Shown here piece after piece: positions 38,396 through 52,000 of a DNA stretch of 64,000 nucleotides (its first letter is position 1; every line of letters starts with the position of its first letter). The notes under the pieces were generated by a model, which did not search any database, had not been told where the DNA came from, and was given only the letters and a program-made list of their open reading frames with translations. Origin of the DNA: Blastocladiella emersonii ATCC 22665 (lineage: Eukaryota; Fungi; Blastocladiomycota); NCBI GenBank assembly GCA_025594325.1, contig JANHCV010000003.1:1426001-1490000 (forward strand), read 5' to 3'. The translations under genes and the position numbers were made by a program.

Positions 38396-40349
38396 GCTGA
38401 GATGAATACAATTCCTCCCTTTGACTGAATTGAAGCTCGATCTCGAAAAAAGCCTGCTAGTCTCGATCGAACCAGTCTCCCTCGCCAACCAACTTTGCCG
38501 AGTCCCTTGCCCACCAGGTTTCCGCTCACGCTCAAGTTCCGAGACTTGTTGCGCTCGCAGCGGTGCTGTCGCATGAGAGAGCAAGCACTGACTCGTCCGC
38601 CGACGCTTGGTGCCAGAGCGTACCCTGCGAAGCGAGGAGGTGCAACCGCGGGACGGACCCACCGCCGGGCCTTGGTCGCTCGTGGCGACGACGGCGTGCA
38701 AAGCAGCCGAAAGACGAGATGCGGCAAGTGACGGTCGGTTTCCATGCGATTCGTGGGTGGCAGAGCAGCATAGAGGAGAGCAGCGACCGCCGGCTCGACG
38801 CGCCGCTCAAACAAGTCGGCTCGCCTCGAGGAGTCAGTTCACCGCGCATCTGAGCAGCGCTCAGGCATGGTTTGCGAGCAACTCGAGAAGGAGGTGCACG
38901 GCGATCGCGTGAGCCAACGCGCAGTCGGCGTTCGCACAGAGCGCGCGCGACAGAGGGGGCAACAGCGTGCGCGTTGCATCAGGACGCGTCCTCGGACGAC
39001 ATGGCGTTGCAGTTGAATCGCTCGCTGGGTCTCTCTTTGGCTCGGAATTCATGCAGCAACATGTAAGACGGGCCTCGTTTGAGCCCGCTGGCGACGCAGA
39101 GCGGTCGGGTCGCTGGGCAGGTCGCCCGCGGCGGGTCGAGGAGGACGGGATCTGTGAGATGATTGCCGTGCTCAGTCGGTCGGTCGTGACCAGCATGAAG
39201 GTGAATGGGATGAAGATGCTGGCGGTTCCGTGGAGGACAAGAAGCGGTGGCGAGCGCGCCCGTCGGAACTGCGATAGAGAAGGTTCGCGGCGCTCCCTCG
39301 GCGCTAGATCTCCTCGTTCGGCAGTGCCAGCGCACTCCAGAGCGCGTCGCACTAGGAGACGGCAGCCGATCGAGTGCGGCGCAGCGACTCGAACCGACAC
39401 TCAGTGTCACGGGCACTCCGAGGAGGCAGCAGACCGTCGGTGCCGCCGTGCAAGTGCCGTTGCGGGTAGTCGCGCAAGCTTATGCGGTACATGGTGCCCC
39501 TGGGACGCCTGTGAACGCGCCGGCGAGACGAAGGCTCGGGGGAGAGGGGACCGCCGTCGCTCGAGGGGGTGGGAGTGCGGTCCGCCACGCTCAGCGCACA
39601 GTGATGCCATGTGGCGCAACGCGTCGGCAGCACGCGCCGAGGTCCAATCCCTCTTCTGCTTTGCACCACGGCGCGAGGGCGTGCGGTAACTCGGGGTTGC
39701 CGACCGAATGGAACGCATTTGCACTCGCTGCTGGGGTGGCGCGAGGTGAAACTCGTCGCGTCGCGGAATCACGCCATGGTCACGTTTTGTCTCGCAGCCG
39801 CGGCCGCGGGAGACGCGCGCACGCACACGTCGACCACACTTGCCTCCCGAAACGCGACGCGTCGATGCGTCGATACGTCGGCGCGTCGAACAGCTTGTTC
39901 TCTTGCCACATCATGCTTTGACTCCTTTTGCGATGCCATCGACCGCCCCGCCTTCCGCCACGTGCTGATGCAATACCGCCCGTAACCGCTCGACGGGCTC
40001 GCGCCACGTACCCGGGTGCACTCGTGCCAACCTGCGCAGGCGGACCGCCGGTTCAGTTTAGCCGGGCTCCGACCCCGGGTCCCGTGTTAACACGGATCGT
40101 CTGTCGCGCGACGAGTGGCACAGGCAGCGCGACGCCGCCGTAACCTCGAGCACTCCAGTCTTGCACACTGCACCGGCTGCTGCGCAACGCCGGCATGCAG
40201 TCGTTCAAGGCTGCCGCTCGGACCTGAACCTGACCCGCGCGTCCGCACGTGTATGCCGACCGGCCGGCCGTCGCGACACACTCTTCAAGCGCCGTTGGGG
40301 TTTCAGCCGTGTCCGTCCAGTACGTCAAGCGCACGCGACGAGATGTCTG

Positions 40350-43300
40350 CTGACGCAGGGCGTGTCCGTCCAGATGGCGACGACGTCAAGGAGATCCTGG
40401 GCATGGCCAGCCGAGCCGATCCGAGCTGAGCCCACGACTACCTGCAACCGGACTCAGCACGCTTCGTGTCGTGTTCGGTCCCAACATCAGCCGCGCGCGA
40501 CACGGATCAGCGCGGTACGTGTTCTCACTCTCGACGCTCTCGCCGCGGCGCATGCGTCGTCGTGGGCGCGCACACGCCCTTGCCGAGTGATCTGCCCGCC
40601 AAGCAGCAGGTCGAGCTCGGCGTGGAGCGCGTAGTGATTGCGAGCAGTCGGGTGCAGGTACACGGCCTCTCGATGCACCTCGCACTAAACGGCCTGTACT
40701 GACATGGGCGCGTCGAATCTCGTGTAGAAGCGACTCCAAGTACCTCTCGGCCGTGCTAACTTTGGCGGTTCCGCATGTGCACGAGTTCAAGCTCGAGTCG
40801 CTCAACTGCGCTGCTACGACGCGTCAAGGCGACCACGCACACGATCAATCAGCGTACGGCATGTAGCTCGACCCTGACGCGCGAGTTCAAGTCGACGGGC
40901 GGCGTACATTGCCTGACACAGGACGTGTTGTTTCGTCGGTCGCCACGGAACATCACACTGATGATCACTCACCTCTCGACGCTTCCATTCACCAGACCAT
41001 CGTCGTGCCAGTTGATCCAACAGCTGGCGGTCGCTCACGGCAACGCACGACGACCGTGAACCCGTGCGCACGCGCTCAAGGTCAGCATCGGCGTGGACCA
41101 GATCGCGCTCAAGAAGTAGGTCGGCACTCGTTTGAGGACTCGCTGATCGAGCTCCAGGGCGCGACCATGGCCATGAACCGGGTCGGTCGCTGGCCGCGGG
41201 CCGATCAGCAAGCGCCAGTCGGCAGCTCAAGCTGGTCGCCACCATCCCCAAGCTCTTGCTCAAGCTCGCGCGCCGGAGTACGAGCCGAGCGCGAGTGGTG
41301 TCAGATGTGCGGTACGCAAAGGGGTCTGTCGCCATCCGCAGACTCATGACGCGTCACTCGAATCCAGGGCGAGGTTGACGCTACGACTACCGCCGCAAGA
41401 CGCGCCTCGGGCCTCGGGCCTCGCTCAGTCGACGACCACCAGCGACTAGCAACAGTGGGCCAGCCTGCAGGACTCGTACCGGCGACACTCGCGCGCAGTG
41501 GCTCTAGCTGCCGTCGAGCATGTCGGACCGGGTCGCGACGCAATCCAGTTCAAGTCAGCGGCGGGCGGAAGGGGCGGGGATGCAGCAAGTGATCGTCAAC
41601 CTGGGACGTGTCGTCGCTCTGGGTCCCTCATTCGCGCGGACACGGATGTTCGCTCACGCTACTTGCTCGCTCGCTCGCCGCGCTACTCTAGAAACCTACC
41701 GCGTGTCGTGACCGAGCGCTCTCGACAGTCCGGCCATTCTCGACGTTTGGACGGCCGTCGCGGTCATGATGACCATCGCGTCCATCCGCGTCGTGCTCCC
41801 GCCTCGCCAGCGCTCCAAATCGATGCACCTCGAAAACTACTGTCCGTCGCAAGAGCAAGCAGCACGGCCCATTACGGTTTTTCGGGTGCCACAACGAAGG
41901 TATGCTACGGATCGGCTACCGCACCACGGGAAATGACGCGTCGCTCGGCTCTAGGAGACAGCCAGCCCGCCATGTACACGGCCTCGGGCGGCGGTGTTCC
42001 TGTTCCATGGCTTCCGCGGCCCGTGTGTCCCTCGACGACACCAACCACCTCTCGCTCGCCCGCCAAGTAATCCGCTCGTCGCCGACAAGGTCGACCTCGA
42101 CGTGAGCTGCGTCTCCAGTGGCAAGCAGCTCAGGCGCCGGTACGCGTGGCGTGGTCGCGTCCTTGGGCCATGTTCGGCGGCGTCTTTGCTACATCCGGTA
42201 CGCCAAAGGCACGCTTCCCGACGTCTGCTGACGCGGCGCGCATCGTTCCAGACCACCTACAACGACGTCAAGAAGACTTTTGGCGGCTCCACCTCCTCCT
42301 CGAGTCAGAACGGTACGTGTCCCTTCCCTTACTCGCTGCGCTCTCATCGAAAACGCGTCGCTTTGCGCTCGTCATCCAGTTGTCCAGTTTATTTCGCGCC
42401 GCGGCCTAGAGTTCTTGACGGACTGTTCGCTCGCCCGGCTCCGAGTCCAGCCAGCCAGCCATGTTGCTCGATGACAACAACGACGCGAACACGCGCTCGC
42501 CGAGGCGATCCGGGTGCCGCGATGCAGGTCAAGCTCGACGCGGATCGCGTAGATCCCGGTACGGCAGCAGCAGTTTGGTGGCGGTAAGCGCGTGTTTGCA
42601 AAGGATCCGTCACTCGGCTCAACACTGACCTGGGTCGGCGGCTTCCGCGTAGCAGCAATGACATCAAGCTCGCACTCGGGCGTGCTGGCCGCGGCGTCGG
42701 CCGGCTGTTCCGCGACCATCAACTGCTCCTCGTGTCTCTTGCCCAGTTCTCGCAGCAAGGTCGCTTCCTCTCAACGGTTTGCCTCAAGCAGAGCGACGGT
42801 ACGAGTATTCATGGTCTCTTAGTGGTCGTCATGCACTCATTGCTCACGCGCGCTCGACTACTACTGCAGCACGCTACGCCGACGCGTCAAGTCGGCCACG
42901 CTCAAGTTCAACGCTCAGCGCTCACGCTCAACGTACGGCACGACGCTCGACTGACCGCGCAGCGCGGCGCGAGTCCTGGACAGCGGGCGGCGTACATTGC
43001 CCTGCATGGATGGTACGTGATACGTGTCGTCGCTTCGTCGTTGGTCGCCACGAAAAGTATCACCAATGACCGACCACTCACATCTTGCTGTTGCTGAATT
43101 TCTCCAGATCCTCGCCATGACTCTCGATTCCGGCGAGTCGTGCTCCTCGGCAACACACGACGACCCGAGAACCAGCACGCGCGCATTCAAGGCCAGCGGC
43201 AGCATTGGGCGTGGGCCGGCTCGCGCTCACCGAGAAGCTCGACACGCACACACTGGTTCGAGGACTCGCTCGCTGGTCGAGATCCAGTGCGCAGCCATGG

Positions 43301-46200
43301 CCATGGCCATGGCCATGGTCGTGGTCATGATGACTCGCTCGGGCCGCGGTTTGTCCAGGTATGAGCAGCAGTCCAAGCTGGCCATCGTCGTCGTTCATCC
43401 CTGAGACCACGCGCACCGAGTTCAAGCCGACCAAGCGTTAGCTTACGGTACGCGCAAAGTGCTCGCTGCCACCCACAGAATCGTGACTGACGCGTTGCTC
43501 GGAGCTAGGGCGAGTACGACACTACAACTTCTTGAACGACCAACACTACACGCGCCGCCGGGTTGGGGTCAAGCCGGGCGTCATGGACTCGTACTCGTCG
43601 CCCTCGTCGAAGCTCAACTTCCGCTGCTTCGACTGCTTCAAGCGGCAGGGTGCCTCGACGTCGGTCGTTCCAGAACTGCAACGGCCGCCGCCATCTCGAT
43701 CATCGACACATCGACAGCGGTCCTCGGCCCAGCTCATGCTCAGCACGGTGCTGTACTTTCAACGACGACGACTCGACTTCCGCGACAACACCACGCGCGC
43801 GCAGCCACGACACGACGCGCCTCGACGCGAACGACCAGCTCAAGTCGGCGGCGAGCGTCACCCGGCGGGGTCGCAGGCCATCATCGTCAACCTGGGACGT
43901 GTCGCGCTCGATCCCTCACTCGTGCGAACATTGCCGATCACTCACATTATGCTCGCTCGCCCTGCGCTCTGCGCTAGAAACCCATCGTGTGTGTGCGCCC
44001 CAACCAGGTACTCGCGCGGCAGTCTGATTGACCACTCTCGCAAACGCTTCCGCTGCCGCCATGTCCATGGCCCATCGCGTCCGTCCGCGTCGTGATCCCG
44101 CCCCACGCCATCAGCGCTTCAAGTCGATCCAGGTCAACATCATCGCGCCCCGTCGACATTGCCGTGTTCGCGTCCGCCGCCGCCGCTGCGCCAGTGGGCG
44201 GTGGTACTACCACTCCAAAGGTACGCTACCAATCTCCTGTCGCCGCGTCGTCACGGGAAAATGACGCGTCGTTCGAGTCTAGAGGGCTGGAATCTCTCGA
44301 ACAGAGCACGGCCGGGGCTCTGTCAGCGCGCAACGGCAGCAGCAGCTACTACTCCGAGCACGACAGCATGTACTCGGCGCGCATCTCGGGTACAAGACCG
44401 AGATCCACAACTCGTCGCTGTCAGTAAACTCGGCTTCGCGCAGAGGCGACGGCCACGAACTGCACGAGATCGAGATGAACGACGGGATCGACTGCTAACT
44501 CATCATGATCCACGAGACGACGACGACCTACGGCATCAACGAGTCGACCGACATTCAGCAGCACTTGAGCAGCAGACCTGGAACGTGGCTCCCTCTTCTT
44601 CCAATCACACGTGTGCGCGAGTCCGTGATCGCTGACATCCATTCTCCGCGACCAGTGGATGGAAGCCGCGCTACTTTTCCTCGCTCGCATCGACCCGACT
44701 CGTGTTTGTACGCGCACGTACCGCGTAACGACGAGCTACCGCGTCTTCGCTCGCTTGCAGCCAGCTGCTCGCCTCGTACATGTACACTGACGGCCTCGGC
44801 CGCATTCCCACCTCCGAGTCATCTGCGCGCCAACCGCCGAGACAGGGTCAAGCACTACGACGAGAACCGCGTACGCATCGGATCACACGACAACTAGATG
44901 ATGTTGGTACGCGTGGCCGAGGCGAGACGAGACCATCCGCACGGCGGCTCATACTGACCGAGCCGCGCGACTGCACCCGCCGTGTAGCCGACTCGACCTG
45001 CTTCGAGTTCTTCTTCCTCCACGCGCCCGTACTCGCCTCCATCTCCGACGCTGCCGCCGCGACCAGCGGTGCTTCACGACGACAACGATTCGTTTTCGTG
45101 ATGGTACGCTTCATTTCTTCTGCGCTTAGTGGTTGCGAATACGGCGGACTGACGCGCGCGCGAACCATGAACGTTCCTCCAAGTAGGCGCTGCACGCTCA
45201 ACAAGGGTTGTTGATCGATCGTATCGCCACCGTCACTCTTCCTCTTCCTCAAGCGTGTCCGGATCATCTTCCTCGTCGCCCATATGTTTTGGCAACCTCG
45301 CCGCCTCGCCACGCTTCGCTTTCGCGCCATCGCCCAACCCATCAGCACGTGTTCGTGGCCTCGCGCTGTGGCCATGGCCGCGGATGGCATCAACTATGGC
45401 TCATCACCCGCGACATGATCGAGCTCGGAGCGCGCGACACGAATCGACGACTCACATCCCCGAGCTACCCGCGCGCGCACGTTCGAGTCCAAGCCGTCGT
45501 CGTGGTCGTGGTCGTTCGTCGTGCCGGCGGTGGTCGGGCAGGTCGTTGTCCAGCATGGGACGTGTTTTCCTGCTCGGTCGCGGCGACCCCACCCACTCAT
45601 CGGCCGATGGTCACTCACGCCTTGCTCGCTCGCTGCGCTGCACTAGTAGAGCTGGCGCCCGGTCCACCGTGCTTTGGGCCGAAAGGGTGGTCAGCAGTCC
45701 GACGATGATCATCCGTTTCTCGAGCATTGTATTGACGCCGTGATCAACAAGAATGGCGACGCGCGCGTCAAGCTCTTCTCCCTCCACGACAAGCCGTTCA
45801 CTCGCTCGATTACTTGCCACGGATACTGCCGGTTCGCCCGGGTCTAGTGAGATTCGACGACACGAGGGCGCGACACGCGACGATCGGCCGGCGCGCTTCT
45901 TTCTGCTGCCGCGAGCAAGGCGAGCTGCTTTGACTGCAAATCACTCCACTCCAAGATGGGCTCAGCGGCGCGTCGCGTCGCGGCTCGGCGAGGCAAGGTC
46001 AAGGCTCTCGCTTTGGCGTGGGCCAGCTCTCGCACATTACGGAGCTCGACACTCGCGCAGGGACTTGCTCCCTGATCGAGAACCAGCGCGCGGCCACGGC
46101 CATGGCCATGGTGACTCGGGCCGCGGGTCGCCCAGCACGGAGCAGCAGCAGCAGTCCAAGCTGACCATCGTCGTCCATCGCCGAGACCACTCCACGCTTC
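40350..46200 (+). repeat. Decayed tandem array (about 3 copies, period ~2.1-2.8 kb) of an unidentified sequence, probably pseudogene relics
   Basis: Co-linear shared anchors: gggcggcgtacattgcc at 40897 and 42985; gaggactcgct at 41134 and 43260; atcgtcaacctgggacgtgtcg at 41592 and 43883; gcagcagtccaagctg.ccatcgtcgt at ~43364 and ~46148. No intact ORF with host codon bias. Confidence 0.75.
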
Positions 46201-46900
46201 CGATTTGGCATTTGACTATGGATTGCCGCGACTCGGCACACCACCGATTTCACCTGCTACTTTCTATGGCTTCCGAAGCGCTCGCTCAACGATCAAATCG
46301 AGTCCGCTTTCGCTAGTTTTATTGCTTCCTCTCGTATTTTTGCCCGGTAGTACCTGCAAGCTTGGTCGCCGAGTCCTTGCTTTTCCCGCTCAGTCGGAGT
46401 TGGAACGTTGCGCTGCTCATGTTCATGCTCTACGCGGCAACCCGCGCATCACCAAGTTTTTCTCATCAGTGGTAGGCTCTGAGCCAAGGCCCAACAACAA
46501 GCTTCCATATTGATTATTCGGCATCACTTGTCATAAACTCAGCAGGCACAGGTGCTATGCCCGCGCTCTTCGTCAGCGGTTGAACAAGCTGACGCCGCGA
46601 GTAAAGCAAAATGATAGGTAACCCGTCGTAAGACGCAAGATATCATTGATTTTTTTCTTCAACCATATTGTATTCTTCGCTGAATTTAACACTTGTGGTG
46701 CACGGAGCGTGCAACGCGTGACGCGCTGCGCCACAGCTGCGCCACAGCGTGACCACGGCGAGCTCTGAGTGGTCGTGGTCCGCACTGCTCATCTTCGCGT
46801 CTCGCATGTCTCGCACTGCGCCTACGGCTCCGTCAGTCGGTCATGTGCCCCTTCGTTTGCACTCGCGGAGTCCTCGCCGCATGCGTGTCACCTCCGATCG

Positions 46901-46907
46901 TATAAAT
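46901..46907 (+). promoter_or_regulatory. Putative TATA box of the Q/A-rich gene
   Basis: TATAAAT about 85 bp upstream of ATG 46991. Confidence 0.5.
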
Positions 46908-46990
46908 CCGGGCCGTTCCCCGCTCTCCCCGCCGCTTCACAACACGCTTGCATACTTTGCTCACGTATCCGACAAACCTACTATCAAAGA

Positions 46991-48175
46991 ATGGGTCGCA
47001 CTCAGCTCCACTCTGCCCAGCGCCAGGCCGTGCACCAGCACCAGGCCCAGACCGCCAACACCAAGTCCGCCATCGCGAACAACAACAACGCGCCCGCTGC
47101 GAAGCAGCAGCAGCAGCAGCAGGCTCGTGTCCAGTCGCCGCAGCTCAAGCAGGCTGCCCCCGCCGCCGCCGCTCAGCAGCAGAAGCAGGCCCCGCAGCAA
47201 GCCCGCGCGCAGTCGGCTCAGCCCAAGCAGGCCGCCGTTCAGCAGCAGCAGGCTCGCGCTCAGTCGCCCCAGCTCAAGCAGCAGCAGCAGGCCTCGGTCG
47301 CCGCCGCTCCCCAGAAGCAGCAGCTCCAGGCCCGTACCCAGTCGGCGGCCGCCGCAGCGCAGGTCTACCGCGCCACGCCCGTGCGCGAGCATCCCGACGA
47401 CGCGTTCCTCTCGGGCGCGTGGATGTTCGACGAGGCCCGCGTCCCGCAGTGGATGGCGCCGCAGCTGCCCAAGGCCCAGCAGCAGCAGGCCCGCGCCGTT
47501 CAGCCCACCGCCGCCGCTCGCGCTCAGTCGCCTCAGCAGCAGCAGCAGCATCACCTCAAGCAGGCGGCCCCCGCTGCCGCCACGCCCGTGAAGCAGCAGG
47601 CGGCCGCTCGCGCGCAGCCTCAGAAGGTCCAGCTCCCGCGCAACGCCGCTGCTGTGATCCCCGTCGGCGCGGTCCGCGCCAAGAACGCGTCGGCCGACGA
47701 CGCCTTCTTCTCGGGCTCGTGGCTCTTTGACTCGGCCGCCGCGCCGCAGTGGCTCCAGTCGCAGCTGCCCGCGCCCAAGGCCCAGCAGGCGCAGGCTCAG
47801 GCTCAGCCTCAGCCTCAGCAGCAGCAGCTCAAGCAGCAGGCCCCCGCTCCTCGCGCGCAGTCGGCCCAGATCAAGCAGGCTGCCGCCCCGACTCAGCAGC
47901 AGCAGGCGCGCGCTCAGTCGCCTCAGCTGAAGCAGGCAGCGCCCGCTCAGCAGGCTGCCGCCGCTCCCCGCGCGCAGTCGGCCCAGCTCAAGCAGGCCGC
48001 TCCTCAGCAGCAGCAGACCCGCGCTCAGTCGCCGCAGCTCAAGCAGGCGCAGCAGCTTCAGAAGCCCCAGCAGCAGCAGATCCAGGTCCAGGCCCAGGCC
48101 CAGAAGCAGCAGGCCCAGAAGCAGCAGGACCAGCGCCGCCCGCAGTCGCCGACCCGCGGCAACAAGCGCGCGTAA
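46991..48175 (+). CDS. 394-aa Q/A/P-rich repeat protein (AQSPQLKQ repeats, two aromatic motifs)
   Basis: ATG 46991 after a TATA box. Many RAQSPQLKQ/RAQSAQLKQ units, plus DDAFLSGAWMFDEARVPQWM and DDAFFSGSWLFDSAAAPQWL. Confidence 0.75.
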   Translation: MGRTQLHSAQRQAVHQHQAQTANTKSAIANNNNAPAAKQQQQQQARVQSPQLKQAAPAAAAQQQKQAPQQARAQSAQPKQAAVQQQQARAQSPQLKQQQQASVAAAPQKQQLQARTQSAAAAAQVYRATPVREHPDDAFLSGAWMFDEARVPQWMAPQLPKAQQQQARAVQPTAAARAQSPQQQQQHHLKQAAPAAATPVKQQAAARAQPQKVQLPRNAAAVIPVGAVRAKNASADDAFFSGSWLFDSAAAPQWLQSQLPAPKAQQAQAQAQPQPQQQQLKQQAPAPRAQSAQIKQAAAPTQQQQARAQSPQLKQAAPAQQAAAAPRAQSAQLKQAAPQQQQTRAQSPQLKQAQQLQKPQQQQIQVQAQAQKQQAQKQQDQRRPQSPTRGNKRA

Positions 48176-48356
48176 CGGCCTCGACGCGTAACGATACCCT
48201 TGACGTGCATCGCGAGGAGCGAAATCGGCTCATGCGATGTTCGACCGATCAATAAAAGACTTCTCCTATCCTTTCGTGTATGAAAGCATTAGTGGACGCG
48301 TCGCGATATCATGTGGCGACCAAGTGACGCGGCGGAGTCAGCTTCATTTGCGCCGG

Positions 48357-48382
48357 GAAGCGACCTAGTCTCGGTGCCAGAC
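48357..48382 (+). repeat. Left TSD (GAAGCGACC) and left TIR of the AcademH element
   Basis: gaagcgacc|tagtctcggtgccagac. Confidence 0.95.
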
Positions 48383-49030
48383 CGTGCGGATCCAGCTGGC
48401 CAGAGCGGTCGCGTGGGGGTCACGTTTCCGGAGTCACATGACCGCGCCCTGCACGGCGCGTCTCTCGTACGGTCTGGTTGCAGTTTGCTCGGCCCAGAAG
48501 CGATCTGCGCTCTAAACCTCCTGCTCCCGCACCCCTTACCCGATCGGCTTTATATGCATATCAATCGACGCGTCTCTGCAAGGGATACACGCTCGTATCA
48601 ATCACAAACCTTGATTCCGCGCCGCTGAGGAGTTAGGCTTGATCGAAGGCCGCGGCCCTGTGGTAGCCGCTCGAGCGCGGGCCCTCGCGGCGCCGCCCTC
48701 ACTCCCCGCGACATGAACTTCACAACTAAGGCAATACGTGAGTACAACAAGCTTCTGGCTTTATTCTGACACCCATGGATGTGAAAAATATGTGGTCGGA
48801 GCGATGATTGAGCGGGGAGGAGCCGCGCGGCCTCGCGCCCCACTCTCAAGGCCCGATCCTTGGGCGGGATAATGAGAATCCGAGCTCCTCCTGATTCATG
48901 AGCATTGAATGCGTCGACCTCGGTCAAGGGGACTGGTGTTGGACGAAGTGATGCGGGCCAAGTCGCGCGGCGCCCACCGCGTTCGCTCTCTCCAATATAG
49001 CTCCACGAATGCACCTCCATGTGAGCTGCT

Positions 49031-52000
49031 ATGCAACCTAACCTATCGCAACCGACATTTATGACCAAGAAATCTCGCAGGTCGACGGCGGCCGCCCCTT
49101 TGGCAAGCTCGTCTGACTCGGCACCGTCCGCCGGGAGTGGAACGAGCGGTGGTCGTCCCCCTGACCCTGTACAGTCGATGGGCGACCGGACGCGACTCGA
49201 CTCGGAGCCTCGTCGATGGTTCTTGCGTCGCATGGTCCAACCGATTCCGCGGGACCCGCCCTGGAAACCTCTTGATCGTCAGTTGCTCGCGAGGGCCGCC
49301 TTGGCGCGTCTCACGCCAGATGACCTTCGCCAGGGCTACATCGACTTGTGTGCGGATCTGGATCCGACTGGTGCGAATACTAAGCTTGCCGTCCTTCCAA
49401 ATGCGACCAAGGAGTCGGTTACTCGCGAGTGGGGTGAGCTGCTTGAGTTGATCGATACATCCATTGACCGCGATCCAGTCGCCGAGGCCATCCCGCTTCT
49501 TCATGCCGAGCTCGAACGATTCAACAAAGCGTCCGCCAACGACCTGAAGCTTGGCACAAAGCTCGACTTTGAGGCGCTCAACGTGGGCGATATCGCCCAG
49601 CGCTGCGCGAACATCTGCCCTCAGCTTTATAGAATACTCAAAGCTATCAGCACCCCTCCGCGTAAACAATCAGCGGCTCGCCCTTTGACGCCAGCTTCTG
49701 ACGAATCGGCTAGTTCCTTCGATTCGGACGAGTCCGACTCGCCGCCCGCGCAATCCAAGCGCGCTGGGACATCCACAATCGTAACGCCCGCCATGCTTTC
49801 GTACATGTTCATTATCACGACGCTCAACTTCCTCCTGCATGGCCACTCCTCTGCGCTGCACCTGGCGCTCGGAATGATGCTCGATTACCTCAGTGGGGCT
49901 TCACGCGCAGTCATTAAAATCCTCAACAAGCTGAAGGTTACAGCGTCCGACTGGTCTAACCATCGGAGCCTCAACCTTGCGGCCAAGTTGAAGCGTACAG
50001 GTGCAGGGTGCGAGAGGAAGGTTGAGCACGATGCACGGAAGGCTGAGGAGATGACGGAGACGGTGATGGACACGGCGAAGGAGGTAGACGCAGAAGGGAG
50101 GAAAGGGTGTATAACGACGGCTAATAGTAGCAGCGATCTAGAACAAAACCAGAGGGAGCGGAGACGCTCGCTTGAGGTGAGCGTGCGACCCCGCGGCGAG
50201 GCAGTCCGCCGGCGGTGAATGGAAGTGTGGCGCCGCCGGCGCGTGCCACTCGCGTGATTGCCCGACGCGTCTCTCGCGGTCGGGCCAGCGTGCGCATGTG
50301 TACTTGAACTGGCCACGAGCGCCAGGGGCGCGGTGAAGAAGCTCCTCGCTGATCCGAAAGCGCTTGTCGTGATTGCCATGGACAATGTCAATGTTTACCA
50401 GTCTCCATCTGAATCGACCTCGATTCACGGTTCGGTCATGCACAATTGGACTCTTGTCCTGTCCTTTGAGGTCCCAAAGCCGTGCGACTTCGCGTTCACG
50501 CCCGAGCAGCTCTCGCTTCGAAATGCCCTGCTTCGCGCACACGATACGCCGGCTATGCGAACGCCTGGCTCCCCTACTTACTCTCTCAAGGCCATTCTGG
50601 AGCCTCCGGCAGACCGCTCGGCCCGCCTTCAGCGCGCTCGGCGCGAAATTGCGCATTACATTTCGAGCAATGATGGGCCAGCGGCCGACCTTGGCCACGC
50701 TCGGGTTCTTGGCCACGCTGCCTTTGCGCTTCCCGCCAATACAGCTCCCGCAGTCACACTTCCGGTTGTGATCCGCGTGGTCGAGATTCTTAACCTGAAC
50801 GAAGGCGAGCGGTCTGGCATGATCAACGTGTTGGACGAGGTGCTGCGACTCGTTGGTCGCCACCCGACGCAGCCCATCTTTGGTGATGACGGAACCTTTC
50901 TCATGCAATGGGCCGCAAAGGCCGCTCGACAGTACTGCGGCTTTGGAGGGGATTTGAGCACCATTGTGCCCATCACCTCGGACTGGCACACGATGTTCAA
51001 CTTCGTTGCTGCGATTGTGAACCGCTTCTGGGGTGAGCCCACCGACCAGCTGTCCATCTCGTGGTACAAACAGCTTACTCAGCGCAAGGAACTCAAACGT
51101 GCCAAGATTACGTATCACGCCGGCATGCGGATCATCGACGAGCTGGTACGCCTCCCTGAGCTGCTGAAACTAGGAACAGGTTGGATATTGACATGTGCTT
51201 GTACGTCCCCGAAAGCTTGAGTGTCATTTGCGTGCGCTCTTCAAGCTTGAGCTTGCCGAGCTCAAGCGTGCTCGAGGTCTGACTGACTCGGACCCGTACA
51301 AGCTCTCTGTCAACGATGCTGCTGTTGTGATCGACAAGATCATGACCAACTGGGTGTACTATAAAACACCGTACGTCTTGCTCGCGCATTTCAGCTTTCG
51401 TGGAACCCACTAATCAACGTCCCGTCTTTCATTTAGCGCCGATCTCCATTTCTACAGCAATAATCCCCTCGCGTCGAAGCGTGGTTCCGGCTCCTCGAGC
51501 AAGGAAACCATTCCCATGCCCGCGAGTGCCCAGCAACACATTTTTCTTGGCGAGTTCTTGCAGGCCGCGCTCCTCCTCCGCGATTTCAGCAAAACGGTGC
51601 GCGCTGGCGACGGTCCCGCCCTGGTTCGGCTCCAGCGACCGCTTCTCGCCGCGTTTCTTGGCTCGGACCACAAGGTTTACCAGCGCGCCATCATGAGCGA
51701 GCTCCGTGGTCAGGCTGGCGCCTATTCCGAGTACGACCGCCTGCTCTCCACTTACCTCCGCTCTGTGCATTCCGCCAAATCGGAATCGGGCACCTGTCGC
51801 CCGATTGATCACCACGTCGAGGAACACGTCCGTGTTGTCAAGATCGGGGTCAAGAGCGCAGGCGCGAACGTTACCTTTGACAGCGCGGCCAATTTGGTCC
51901 ACGCCATGCCCAAGCTTAAGGCCATCGAGTCGACGTTCAACAACGTGTGCGCGATTTCTCCACCGTCCGCTTACCATAAGCGTGCTCGCGACAAGGCCCG

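Noticed and set aside
38400-40350. Numerous overlapping R/A/P-rich ORFs downstream of the PB1 gene
   Set aside because: No codon bias, motifs or splice structure; consistent with GC-rich non-coding or decayed DNA.
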